DNA of 64,000 bases from the NCBI GenBank assembly GCA_965205335.1, contig OZ242164.1, positions 1,056,001 to 1,120,000 of the forward strand, written 5' to 3'. Below are positions 1 through 9,656 of this stretch, in pieces (position 1 is the first letter of the stretch; the number at the start of each line of letters is the position of its first letter). This DNA is from Candidatus Woesearchaeota archaeon (GTDB taxonomy: Archaea; Nanobdellota; Nanobdellia; Woesearchaeales; UBA583). The notes under the pieces were generated by a model. The model did not search any database, was not told the origin of the DNA, and saw nothing but the letters and a program-made list of their open reading frames with translations. A program made the position numbers and the translations under genes.

Positions 1-149
1 TTACCATTCAAATTTAAATGTGGTCTAATAAAATTATAATAATTCTTAAATTCTGTATTATTAATTTGAACTTCAATGCACAAAGTGAAATATAATGAGA
101 AATATTTATATGTTGGGAAATATTTTGGAATTTATGAATGTGAAAATCT

Positions 150-915
150 TCCGTAACGCAAGACCAGAGTTCTCTAAAAATTGTAACACATTATCAGAGT
201 TCTCTAAATATCGTAACACATTACCAGAGTTCTCTGAATTCAATAAAGCATAATTAGAGTTCTTTGAATTCCATAAAGCATCACCAGAGTTCTTTGAATT
301 CCATAAAGCATTATCAGAGTTCTCTGAATTCCATAAAGCATTACCATAGTTCTTTGAATTGTCTAAAGCATCACCAGAGTTCTTTGAATTCCATAAAGCA
401 TTACCAGAGTTCTTTGATCCTCGTAATGCATTACCAGAGTTCTCTGAATTCAATAAAGCATAATTAGAGTTCTCTGAATTCCATAAAGCATCACTATAGT
501 TCTCTGAATTCCATAAAGCATTACCAGAGTTCTTTGAATTGTCTAAAGTATTGCCAAAGTTCTCTGAATATCGTAATGCATTACCAGAGTTCTCTGAATT
601 CCATAACGTAAGACCAGAATTCTTTGATCCTCGTAATGCATTATCAGAGTTCTTCGAATTCCATAAAGCATGACCTGAGTTCTTTGAATTCCATAAAGCG
701 TTACCAGAATTCTTTGATCCTCGTAATGCATTATCAGAGTTCTCTGAATTCCATAAAGCAAGACCAGAATTCTTTGAATATCGTAATACACTACCAGAGT
801 TCTTCGAATTCCATAAAGCATGACCTGAGTTCTTTGATCCCTGTAATGCATCACCTGAGTTCTTTGAATTCCATAAAGCGTTACCAGAGTTCTTTGATCC
901 CTGTAATGCATCACG
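150..915 (-). repeat. about 25 degenerate 30-bp coding tandem repeats
   Basis: Plus-strand unit like ccagagttctttgaattccataaagcatta; encodes 10-aa Asn/Ser-rich units. Confidence 0.95.
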
Positions 916-1170
916 ATTTAACTTTGCTCCCCAAAGTTGCCTATCCTTAAAGACCATGTTATGTCCTCCTGTACTTAGAATTATTCCTAATCCACCAGTA
1001 TCACATGCTCTAACGTATTTCAGATCTCCCGTAATCATAGCGTATGAAGCAGTTGCAACACCTACTACCGCTTCATTTTCATGAGAAAAATAACTTTTCA
1101 AATCATCTGGGTTTTCCTTGTAGTTCTTTACTATTATTTTCGTTATATCTCTTACTCTATTTGAATTTAT

Positions 1171-2091
1171 TGTGCAGTAAAGTAGCATATGCTACCAATC
1201 AATTTTATTGAAGACTTCAGCAGGAGTTTTCTGATGAAGGCTTAAATGAGGTCTAAATTGATTGTAATTAAAACGAAATAACTCTAAATCATTATTATAA
1301 AAAGAACATTCACTTTTAATAGTACCAAAAAGTCTTTCGACTTTTCCATTCGTTTGAGGTCTTTTGACCTTTGTACGAATGTGTTTAAGATTTCTTCTTC
1401 TACACCAAACATCAAATTTTGAATACTTTGATTTCCCGCCATAGGGACTTCCATTATCACTAATTATCTGTTTGGGAGTTCCAAACTGGGAAATTAAAGT
1501 ATCTAAGAACTGCGTAACTACAAATGTGGTGACTGTTGGAACATATAAAATACCTAAGCAGTAACGTGAACAGTCATCAATTACTGCAATTACTTTACCT
1601 GATTCACCAAACTCACTATCATCAATATGCCATAGAGAGTTTGGATTTTTACGTTCGAAACGAACGTATTTAGCTCTTTGCCCACGATTATGTTCTTTAC
1701 GAGTTAAACCATTACATTTTAGAACTTTATTGATTGTAGTATGAGATAATTGAACAGATTTAATCTTTTGCTTTAGCTTTAGTGCTCCAACCAGTTTTAT
1801 TACGTAACTCAATTATCTCTTTTTCAGCTTCTTGAGTTACTTTGTAATAAACTTTATTAGGGATTTTAGATTTGTCTTGAAAATTCCAAATTAATCATTA
1901 AATCGTTTATACCTACGCTTTAATGTTGAAATATGAAAAGTTCTACTGAACTTTTTCTCTAAAAGTATTTGACATTTAGAGTACGAATACTTACATTTTA
2001 ACTTTATGAATTCACGGCGTAAATGTTCTTTTTTCATAAAAATTAGAAAAATTCTAATTTTATATGGTAGCATATGCTACTTTACTGCACA
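1171..2091 (-). mobile_element. IS481-like insertion sequence, 921 bp
   Basis: Perfect 27-bp TIR TGTGCAGTAAAGTAGCATATGCTACCA (1171-1197 / 2065-2091); 16-bp TSD CTCTATTTGAATTTAT (1155-1170 / 2092-2107). Confidence 0.95.
1192..2073 (-). pseudogene. IS481-family DDE transposase, frameshifted
   Basis: N-terminal piece 1891..2073, a middle piece in another frame (WNFQDKSKIPNK...ELRNKTGW), and catalytic core 1192..1812 with WHIDD, ISDNGS, PQTNGKVER, YN..RPH. Confidence 0.9.
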
Positions 2092-2772
2092 CTCTATTTG
2101 AATTTATCCTGAATGCATTAAAGTTTACAACTTTATCCAATATTCTCTCAAGTTTTGGATTAGTTTTTTCATTCATAATGTTGGCAGCACCTATTCACTT
2201 ATAAACTTATTCACTATAACATAGTTATAAATTAAAGTTTAATTAATACAATAATATGATAATTTAATGATTAATTTTTTACAAATTTTAAGTAGTTTAG
2301 ATAGGGCTTTGTACAAAAAGTAAATAATTCATATGAAAAACCTATTTTTTAGATTATTAATTCTTTTTCAAAAATTTTATCTATTTTAGATAGAACAAAT
2401 TTCATATTAGAATCTAAATTGTTAATAATATAATATTTTTTGATTATTTGTTTCATATTTCAATCTAATTTAAATTTGGTAGTACTGCACAATTATTACC
2501 AACTTATACAATAAGTCAAAATATTTATTACTTTTCGTACAAAAACGAAGTCAGCATTTTATAAAAAATGGGAAGTGATTGAAGATATTGATCATTTAAA
2601 TCAAGAATTTAGAAATTTGACAACTTAGAAAATTTCTTCAAAGTAATTTAAATATTCATTTTTTAATAATATATTATTTTACACAAATTGGGAAGAAATA
2701 ATAAATCAAGCAATATAGCAAACGAATTTGCACCAGAACCGTGATTAGGAGATTGTTTAGGTTATAATCCAT

Positions 2773-4056
2773 TTATTGTTTTAAGAGTTTTTTTGTAAAG
2801 GCTTTGTATTCTTCTACATTGGGCTGGTCAAAGGGATTAATGTTAAGTAATCTTCCAATAATCATTGTTTCAATCATTTTGCACTGCATTATTGCACCAA
2901 TTGTGTATTCGTTTATTTCATCAATTTCAGTTATTATGAGAGGTTTTTTTCTTTTTGCAAATGCATTTTTTGTTCCATCAATTATAGAGTCCATAATGTG
3001 GGTAAATGTTTTAGAACTTATTAGAGGGTTAAAGTTTTTGTATTTGGAACTTATTTTAATATTCTTGTCTGATTTTACTTTAATGAATGAATATATTTTA
3101 TCATCAGGTCCTCCTAAGTAGAGTTGCCCTAATGAGTGTAAATCAACTGAACCGATTGAAACAATGGGAGTGATTCCTGTTTTTACTATGTTGCCTTTTG
3201 TATCAAATTCTTTGCCGCAACTTTCTGCTAAGAGTTGTCTTCCCCAAAGCCCTAAGTTTCTAAGTCTTTTGGAAAAAATGAAAGATACGCTAATGTTTCT
3301 GTTATTTTTGTAATTAGAGTACGAGAATAAGGCAGAGTTTAAGGCAGAGTTCTTTGATATAGAAGATGATAAGCATAAATCTCGCATATCTTTTGCTCCC
3401 TGAAGTAATTTTTTGCAGTTAATTCCTAAAATCATCAGGGGGAAAATTCCAACCTGAGTGAAGACGCTATAACGCCCTCCAATGTTCTTATTCATTTCAA
3501 GAATGTGAAAGCCATTTGCTTTTGAAAAATTATAGAGAGGAGAGTTAGAGATTGTTGTTGCAACAATGTATTTTTTATAGTCTTTAATGTGTTTTTTAAA
3601 TAAGTCTAAGCAAACTAGAAAGTTTGAGGTTGTTTCAATAGTGCCACCTGATTTTGATATAACATTTAATATTATTTTTTTGTTCTCTTTAAGGTTTTCT
3701 TCAATTAATTGTAGTGTGTTTTTTACATCAAAGGAATCAACTGTGTCTAAAAAGAATATGTCTGTATTTATTTTATATGAACCATATATGCTTTCATAGA
3801 CTGCTCTTGTACCTAAATCTGAACCGCCAATTCCTATTACAATAATTTTATTTGTTTTTGGGATTTTTCTTAGAACTTTTGCACATAAGTTAAGTATGCT
3901 TGGGTCAAACGGAGCATTAATTGAACATCTTTCATCTAAGTAATTGTTTGATTTGGCAACTTTTTTTAGTTGTTTTATTTCATTTTTCGCTAAGTCAATA
4001 GTCTTTTTTGTGTAATTAGTTTTGGCATAGTTAAAGTCAAAATTGATATGTTTCAT
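2773..4056 (-). CDS. pgi: glucose-6-phosphate isomerase
   Basis: GIGGSDLG, SKSGGTIET, GGRYSV, QLLAESCGK, DLHSLGQ, NPFDQPNVEEYK motifs. Confidence 0.95.
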   Translation of the reverse strand: MKHINFDFNYAKTNYTKKTIDLAKNEIKQLKKVAKSNNYLDERCSINAPFDPSILNLCAKVLRKIPKTNKIIVIGIGGSDLGTRAVYESIYGSYKINTDIFFLDTVDSFDVKNTLQLIEENLKENKKIILNVISKSGGTIETTSNFLVCLDLFKKHIKDYKKYIVATTISNSPLYNFSKANGFHILEMNKNIGGRYSVFTQVGIFPLMILGINCKKLLQGAKDMRDLCLSSSISKNSALNSALFSYSNYKNNRNISVSFIFSKRLRNLGLWGRQLLAESCGKEFDTKGNIVKTGITPIVSIGSVDLHSLGQLYLGGPDDKIYSFIKVKSDKNIKISSKYKNFNPLISSKTFTHIMDSIIDGTKNAFAKRKKPLIITEIDEINEYTIGAIMQCKMIETMIIGRLLNINPFDQPNVEEYKAFTKKLLKQ

Positions 4057-4164
4057 ATTTTTAATCCGAATATACTATATTTAAAAGTTTGTGTATTACT
4101 TCTAAAATTACCACTGTGTATTACAAGCCAAATATTAAATAAGTGAAAGTTTTTGGTATCTTAC

Positions 4165-4581
4165 ATGAAACAGACTAAAAAGAAAAAAGTAGGCAAAGAG
4201 GATTGTTGTTGTCCCTTACATAAGTGGGGTAAGATTGTGTTTAGCATTGGTATTATAATAGCAATTATTATGACTTTGGTTGCGGCATTTAATGAGCCAG
4301 GTGAAACTATGACTAGAGTTGTGATTGCATTACAAATTCTAATTGGTATTGCAGTTGGTTTTCTAAATATTACAAAAGATGAAACAAGGGAATTTCTGTT
4401 AGCATCATTAGTTCTTGTAGTGCTAATAGGACCTTTTTTAGGACTTGTAATACAGATGTTTCCGGGATCAGGAGCTACATCAAATATGCTTGAGGAGTTA
4501 TATAAGTATTTAGTTGTATTAATTGTGCCTGCGGCAACAATTGTAGCACTTAAATCTATATTTAGAAGCGCAAGGGATTGA
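4165..4581 (+). CDS. small multi-pass membrane protein
   Basis: About four hydrophobic segments, GFLNIT..E...FL pattern; ATG 4165. Confidence 0.7.
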   Translation: MKQTKKKKVGKEDCCCPLHKWGKIVFSIGIIIAIIMTLVAAFNEPGETMTRVVIALQILIGIAVGFLNITKDETREFLLASLVLVVLIGPFLGLVIQMFPGSGATSNMLEELYKYLVVLIVPAATIVALKSIFRSARD

Positions 4582-4614
4582 TTAAATAAAATCTTTTGTT
4601 AAAATATTTTTTGA

Positions 4615-4953
4615 TTAGAATTCTTCAATGTTGTTTAGGCTTTCAAGGATGCCTTTTTTTTCAAGTTGTTTTATTTCATTAGGTTTGTATTTGTATATTA
4701 AATCTGCTTTGCTTTTGTCAAGTTCCCATGGTTCAAGCAAGACGATGTCTCCTTCGCGAATCCATAAGTATTTTTTAACTCTTCCAGGGACTCTTGCCAT
4801 TATATCACGCCCATCTATTGAACGAATATTCATACGTGAGCCTCCTAATCTTTTTTCTACTATTCCAATGAATTGTTCTCCTTTTGGCATCTTAACTCGG
4901 GTAGATTCAGAATTCTGTAAATCATCAACTCCCTTCTTTAAGTTTTTAGCCAT
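4615..4953 (-). CDS. eif1a: translation initiation factor aIF-1A
   Basis: RLGGSRM, RVPGR..K.LWIREGDIVL.EPW. Confidence 0.95.
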   Translation of the reverse strand: MAKNLKKGVDDLQNSESTRVKMPKGEQFIGIVEKRLGGSRMNIRSIDGRDIMARVPGRVKKYLWIREGDIVLLEPWELDKSKADLIYKYKPNEIKQLEKKGILESLNNIEEF

Positions 4954-5099
4954 TTAAAGATAATTATAAGAGAACATTTATAAATTTAAGTAAGAGTTTT
5001 CTAATTAATTTTTTTGCATTAAAGAATATCTTGGATTTGATTTTGTGAAAGAGTGTTACTTCTCAGTGAACAAATATGTATATATATAAAAATTAAAGA

Positions 5100-6140
5100 A
5101 TGGAATGTATGAGGTTAATTAAAAATAATACAGTAATTAACAAATTTGTTTTTGTTTTAGTTCTCCTTTTAGGAGTTTATGTGGTTTTTGGGGCAACAAG
5201 TAATGTTGACCCAAATATTGGTTATTATGAAGATCCTTATGGTAACAATGTTGATTATTATGATCCTTATGATCCTTATGATCCTTATGGTAACAATGCT
5301 GAAGAGAGTATATTTCCTCCAACAACCGATAATTATGTGAGAAATGAAACACCTATAACAGAAGAAGAGATTGAGGATTTTTGTAGTACATTGGATGTGG
5401 AAGAATGTATTGAAGGTAAACTATGTGAACCTAAATATTATGAGAATTTTGATAAATGTGTAAATGGACAACAACTTATAACGGAAGAAGAGATGGAGAA
5501 TTTTTGTAGTACATTGGATGTGGAAGGATGTATTAAAGATATACAATGTGAACCTGGGTATATAAGAACATGGCAAACTCTATTCCTTTTTGAGAGTTTT
5601 GATAAGTGTGTAAGTTTAAATATTTTTGAAGTTAGACAACAACTTATAATGGAAGAAGAGATTGAGGATTTTTGTAGTGCATTTGGTGTGGAAGAATGTA
5701 TTAAAGATAGACTATGTGAGCCTAAGTATTATAAGAGTTTTGATAAATGTGTAAAAGGACAACAACCTACAACGGAAGAAGAGATTGATAAGGAAGAGAT
5801 TGATAAAAAAAGAGAATCGAACTTAGAGATGGTTAACCAAAGCCTGGAAGATGAATTTGGATATGCTGTTGCTTCAAAGGCGGCAGATGGTATCATTTTG
5901 ATTGCTGTAGGTGCCCCTGGAGACGATGAAGTTGAGGAGAACACCGGCGCAGTATATGTCTTCGGGCTTCACCGTGAAAAGGTATGGTTTGAGAAGAAGA
6001 TACTGGCCCCAGAAGAATTTCTTCCTGGAGATGGCTTTGGGCACTCTGTAGAATTTGTTGATGAGCATCTTTACGTTAATTCAAGGAGTGGTCGGGACGG
6101 AATGTCCATCCCAATAGTTAATTTTTCAACTATTGAATAG
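5100..6140 (+). CDS. secreted/surface protein with three Cys-rich repeats and a C-terminal FG-GAP segment
   Basis: Hydrophobic N-terminus, YDP repeats, 3x EEI.DFCS.L.VEECI...CEP.Y...FDKCV, then FGYAVA...VGAPG...GAVYVF...FGHSV. Confidence 0.75.
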   Translation: MECMRLIKNNTVINKFVFVLVLLLGVYVVFGATSNVDPNIGYYEDPYGNNVDYYDPYDPYDPYGNNAEESIFPPTTDNYVRNETPITEEEIEDFCSTLDVEECIEGKLCEPKYYENFDKCVNGQQLITEEEMENFCSTLDVEGCIKDIQCEPGYIRTWQTLFLFESFDKCVSLNIFEVRQQLIMEEEIEDFCSAFGVEECIKDRLCEPKYYKSFDKCVKGQQPTTEEEIDKEEIDKKRESNLEMVNQSLEDEFGYAVASKAADGIILIAVGAPGDDEVEENTGAVYVFGLHREKVWFEKKILAPEEFLPGDGFGHSVEFVDEHLYVNSRSGRDGMSIPIVNFSTIE

Positions 6141-6258
6141 ACCAAACACAACTACAAAAAGCAGAAATGTTTTCACGTTTCTGCTCTTTTTTCTTATCAA
6201 CCGACCACCAAACCAACAAAAACAGTATAATAAATGCACGCCTGATAACGTTTAAAAA

Positions 6259-6543
6259 ATGAAAAACTTGCTGCCAGTCACTATAATAGTAATACTGATA
6301 GTCATCACACCCGTATTTGAACAAAAACAAGAAAACATTGAGCTGGAACTGAATATGTAGCAAGAACTCATCCATCCATTTGCCCCACAAAAAACAGAGC
6401 AGGAAAGAGTAACAACTGAAGTACTGAAAATAGATATCTAAAAATGGAAAATAAGTAATGTTAACCCAATCAGTGGATTCACCGACTAACCAAAAGAAAA
6501 CACCACTAACAAACCTGAAGACATCCCACATACAACATCATAA
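6259..6543 (+). pseudogene. decayed secreted-protein gene
   Basis: ATG 6259 reads MKNLLPVTIIVILIVITPVFEQK... (signal-like) and continues through three in-frame stops. Confidence 0.45.
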
Positions 6544-6550
6544 TCCCTTA

Positions 6551-7210
6551 TTATGCATCAGCATTTACTTCTTTTACTTCTATTTTAAGTTTGTAATCTT
6601 TGTAATCAGAGATTGCTTCTTTAAATGTTTTTGATAGCATTTCTTCCATACCCGCAAACTGTTGGGGAGCTTTTAAAGTTATATTTTTATCTGCAACGCT
6701 TACTTCAAAAAGGTTTCTTGGAATTCTCAGAACAGTTTCCATAACAACTGAGATCTTCTCTGCCATATCATCAACTTTTGAAAGTACTTTGTAATTAAGT
6801 TTAATGTCTTTTCCTGCAAGAGGATTGTTAAAATCAACCATAATCCTACCTCCTGTAACACTTTTTACTGTCCCATACATTCCATTGAAATCATATGTAA
6901 TTCCAACAACAGGTTTTAGTTTGTGTTCATCAAAAGCAGATTTGGGGAATGTTTTTATGTAATCTTTTTTTCTATTTCCATAGGCTTCATCGGGTTTTAA
7001 TTCTAATTCCCCATTATCTCCTTTTATAATAGCATCATCTAATGCCTTTAAAATAAATGATTTGCCCAAAACAATAGTCTGCGGAAGGTAATCTTCAATT
7101 TGCAAGTTAGCTTCTTTTCCTAATTTCTCATTAGTGGTCTGAACTAATTTGTTATTTGCATATATATCAAATTCAATCTTTACAAAATCATTTTCTTTGT
7201 ATTCAGCCAT
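6551..7210 (-). CDS. FKBP-type peptidyl-prolyl isomerase (long archaeal SlyD-like)
   Basis: LKPDEAYG.R, GGRIMVDFNNPLAGK. Confidence 0.9.
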   Translation of the reverse strand: MAEYKENDFVKIEFDIYANNKLVQTTNEKLGKEANLQIEDYLPQTIVLGKSFILKALDDAIIKGDNGELELKPDEAYGNRKKDYIKTFPKSAFDEHKLKPVVGITYDFNGMYGTVKSVTGGRIMVDFNNPLAGKDIKLNYKVLSKVDDMAEKISVVMETVLRIPRNLFEVSVADKNITLKAPQQFAGMEEMLSKTFKEAISDYKDYKLKIEVKEVNADA

Positions 7211-7418
7211 ACAAAAAGGAAACTCCAAAACTTTATATATTTTATTGTTGAAAAAATACTTAAATAATTAAAATAAATACAATGAATATAAACAATGAAT
7301 GTAAAGTTTTAATCTCTAAGATTTGTATGATTTTAGACTTCTATGGTTTCATTTCCTAGTACATACTATTACAAAGCAACAACAAATACTTATAAAAAAA
7401 TTATAAGGTAATAAATAT

Positions 7419-9653
7419 ATGGGTAAGGCAAAGAAATCCCAAGTTAGTATGTTTATTATTATTGGGATAATTATAATTATATGTTCTATTGCATTTATTT
7501 CTTTTACTGATTTTGATATAGATATTTTTACAGATGAGAAGTCTTCTACAAAAGTAAAGGAATTTGTTGAATCTTGTCTTGAACTTGAAACAAATAGAGC
7601 CCTTGAAAGAATTGGTAATACTGGTGGATGGATATATCCCCCCCAAGTAGGTTTTTATGCACCTTTAGAACTTGAAGAAAAACAACTTTTAGATGACCCA
7701 TTGGTAAAAGGAGCAGAAGGTGTTGATTTTTTTAATGTTGAAATACCTTATTGGTATTATTATGATGATTCTAGTGAAAGTTTTAGAAATAATCTTATTC
7801 CCCCATATAATAATCCCGATGACCCAAATTCAATTCAAAATCAGATGGAGAGATATATTGAAGAAAATATCGAACGTGAATGTTTTAGAAATTTTAATGT
7901 GTTTGAAGATGTATATGATATAGAGTATGATAGAAATGAGATTAATGTTGATGTTGAATTGCCCAATAAGGAGAGTAAGGAGATTTTCGTGAGTTTGGAA
8001 CTTCCAATTCATATTGATGAAATTACAAGTGAAGGAAAAGAGTATGTTGACTTTTTTAGTTTTGAAACTGAAAATGTTCTGTATATTCCATATCTTTTAG
8101 CAAGAGATGTGGTTGTAGCAGAGGATAATACATCATTTCTTGAACACAAGATAATTAGTTTTATGAATCCTTATGAGACTACTGATGATAGGGATGAACT
8201 TCCTCCAAAGTATGCATTTGAACTTAGTTATGATTTTGACCCATGGAGTGTATCTGATGTTGTAATTAAAGTTAAAGAGATAATTAGTTCAAATTTATTT
8301 CTGGTTAAAGATACTAATACTAATATTACACCGGTTGAACTCCCAGCAGGACTTGAGAATAATGATTTTGCAGATGCAGTTCTAAATAGGATACACACAA
8401 AAAATTATCTAAGTCAGCATAGTATATTGCTTGAAGATGGAGAATATAAGTTATTTAAAAGGTTTAAAGATTATAAACTTGATTTTGAGTATGAAATGCA
8501 TCATCCTATGGCGTTTAAAATTAGTCCAAGTGTTGGAAATATTTTAGTTCTTCCAAGACCTGAGGCTTTTGCAGGTATACTTCCAATATTTTTTACAGAG
8601 TATGTTAGTGCATATGACATAACAACTGCTGTATTTGTTGAGATACAACCTTCTAAGGGTGATGGTTATACTTTTAGATTCCCTATTGAAGTGAATATTG
8701 ACAACAATAATCCTCTAAGAAATAATTATGATTTGGAACTTAATTTTAGCGCTTTAATAGATACTTCGGCAAGTACTCTCTCATTAACATGCAATCCGAT
8801 GCAGTTTATTTCAAAGCCAGTTAGAATTAATATAACTGATCCTATTAATTATGGAGATAGAGAAAGTGATGACCCTTTGACAGGAGTTGAAGGAGCAATA
8901 GTTGAGTTTACTTGCAAAAATCTTGAGAAGTGCATAATATTAACAGATACTCCTATTAATGGAAGGTATCCTTCTAAGAATATAACAGAACTTGAGTTCA
9001 GTCTTCCTATTAATTGTAATCCTGGAACACTTGAGATATCTAAATTTGGGCACAAAACTATAAGAATTAAAAATTTAAATCCTAATTTAGATGATGAGAT
9101 TAATCTTGGAGAGTTTGAAATGCCATCCTCTAAAACATTAGAGTTAAATGTATATAAAAATAAAAAAGATTCAGGTACTTCAAAATTTGACGAGGGTGAT
9201 GCTTTAACACCTGATGAAACAGGATTTTTAATTTTTGAAAGTTTAGAAGAAGAGAACTTTGTTAGAGCTATTGAAGTTAATTCTACAAATCAATATTATT
9301 TAGAGATAGACTTAATGCCCGGAAATTACTCAGTTACAGGATTTATCATAGATAATAAGAATAGAACAATCCATGCTGAGACTATAGAATATGATAAAAA
9401 TGCATTTATACCTGGAGGTAAAGAAGAAGTCCATTTACCTCAGATTAATCTATCAGCATGGATTAGTGCGAGTCTTGAGAGAGATACGTTTGAGATTAAA
9501 ACAAAACACCTTCTACAAAATGAAGAATTGACAGTAAATTTAATTGATCTTGGAGTACCCAAAGATTATGATGATTTAGAAGATAGTTCCGATGTAGTGA
9601 GTAATACAAAAAATATAAGCAACTCAAATAGTTTTGAACCATATTTTGATTAA
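7419..9653 (+). CDS. large surface protein with class III (pilin-like) signal peptide
   Basis: KKSQ|VSMFIIIGIII N-terminus, FVESCL motif, 744 aa, acidic. Confidence 0.7.
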   Translation: MGKAKKSQVSMFIIIGIIIIICSIAFISFTDFDIDIFTDEKSSTKVKEFVESCLELETNRALERIGNTGGWIYPPQVGFYAPLELEEKQLLDDPLVKGAEGVDFFNVEIPYWYYYDDSSESFRNNLIPPYNNPDDPNSIQNQMERYIEENIERECFRNFNVFEDVYDIEYDRNEINVDVELPNKESKEIFVSLELPIHIDEITSEGKEYVDFFSFETENVLYIPYLLARDVVVAEDNTSFLEHKIISFMNPYETTDDRDELPPKYAFELSYDFDPWSVSDVVIKVKEIISSNLFLVKDTNTNITPVELPAGLENNDFADAVLNRIHTKNYLSQHSILLEDGEYKLFKRFKDYKLDFEYEMHHPMAFKISPSVGNILVLPRPEAFAGILPIFFTEYVSAYDITTAVFVEIQPSKGDGYTFRFPIEVNIDNNNPLRNNYDLELNFSALIDTSASTLSLTCNPMQFISKPVRINITDPINYGDRESDDPLTGVEGAIVEFTCKNLEKCIILTDTPINGRYPSKNITELEFSLPINCNPGTLEISKFGHKTIRIKNLNPNLDDEINLGEFEMPSSKTLELNVYKNKKDSGTSKFDEGDALTPDETGFLIFESLEEENFVRAIEVNSTNQYYLEIDLMPGNYSVTGFIIDNKNRTIHAETIEYDKNAFIPGGKEEVHLPQINLSAWISASLERDTFEIKTKHLLQNEELTVNLIDLGVPKDYDDLEDSSDVVSNTKNISNSNSFEPYFD

Positions 9654-9656
9654 GGC

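Larger units (their letters stand above)
106..2176 (-). pseudogene. 10-aa tandem-repeat (NSxNSGxALW) protein gene interrupted by an IS; native start at 2176
   Basis: Removing the IS (1171-2091) and one TSD copy joins MNEKTNPKLERILDKVVNFNAFRINSNR (from ATG 2176) in frame to VRDITKIIVK... of ORF 106..1188. Confidence 0.85.

Noticed and set aside
150-915. Possible CRISPR array
   Set aside because: Units are contiguous 30-mers without unique spacers and keep an open reading frame; no cas genes in the window.
264-950. Alternative-frame ORFs 264..467, 543..914, 624..950 (and 33201..33979 over the L32e repeat)
   Set aside because: Shadows created by stop-free tandem repeats.
2180-2770. Replication origin in the long AT-rich intergenic region
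   Set aside because: No ORB-like repeats recognised and no adjacent orc1/cdc6.
6130-6531. Minus-strand 133-aa hydrophobic ORF
   Set aside because: Odd W/F/Y/C composition; codon-aligned antisense of a more protein-like decayed plus-strand frame.
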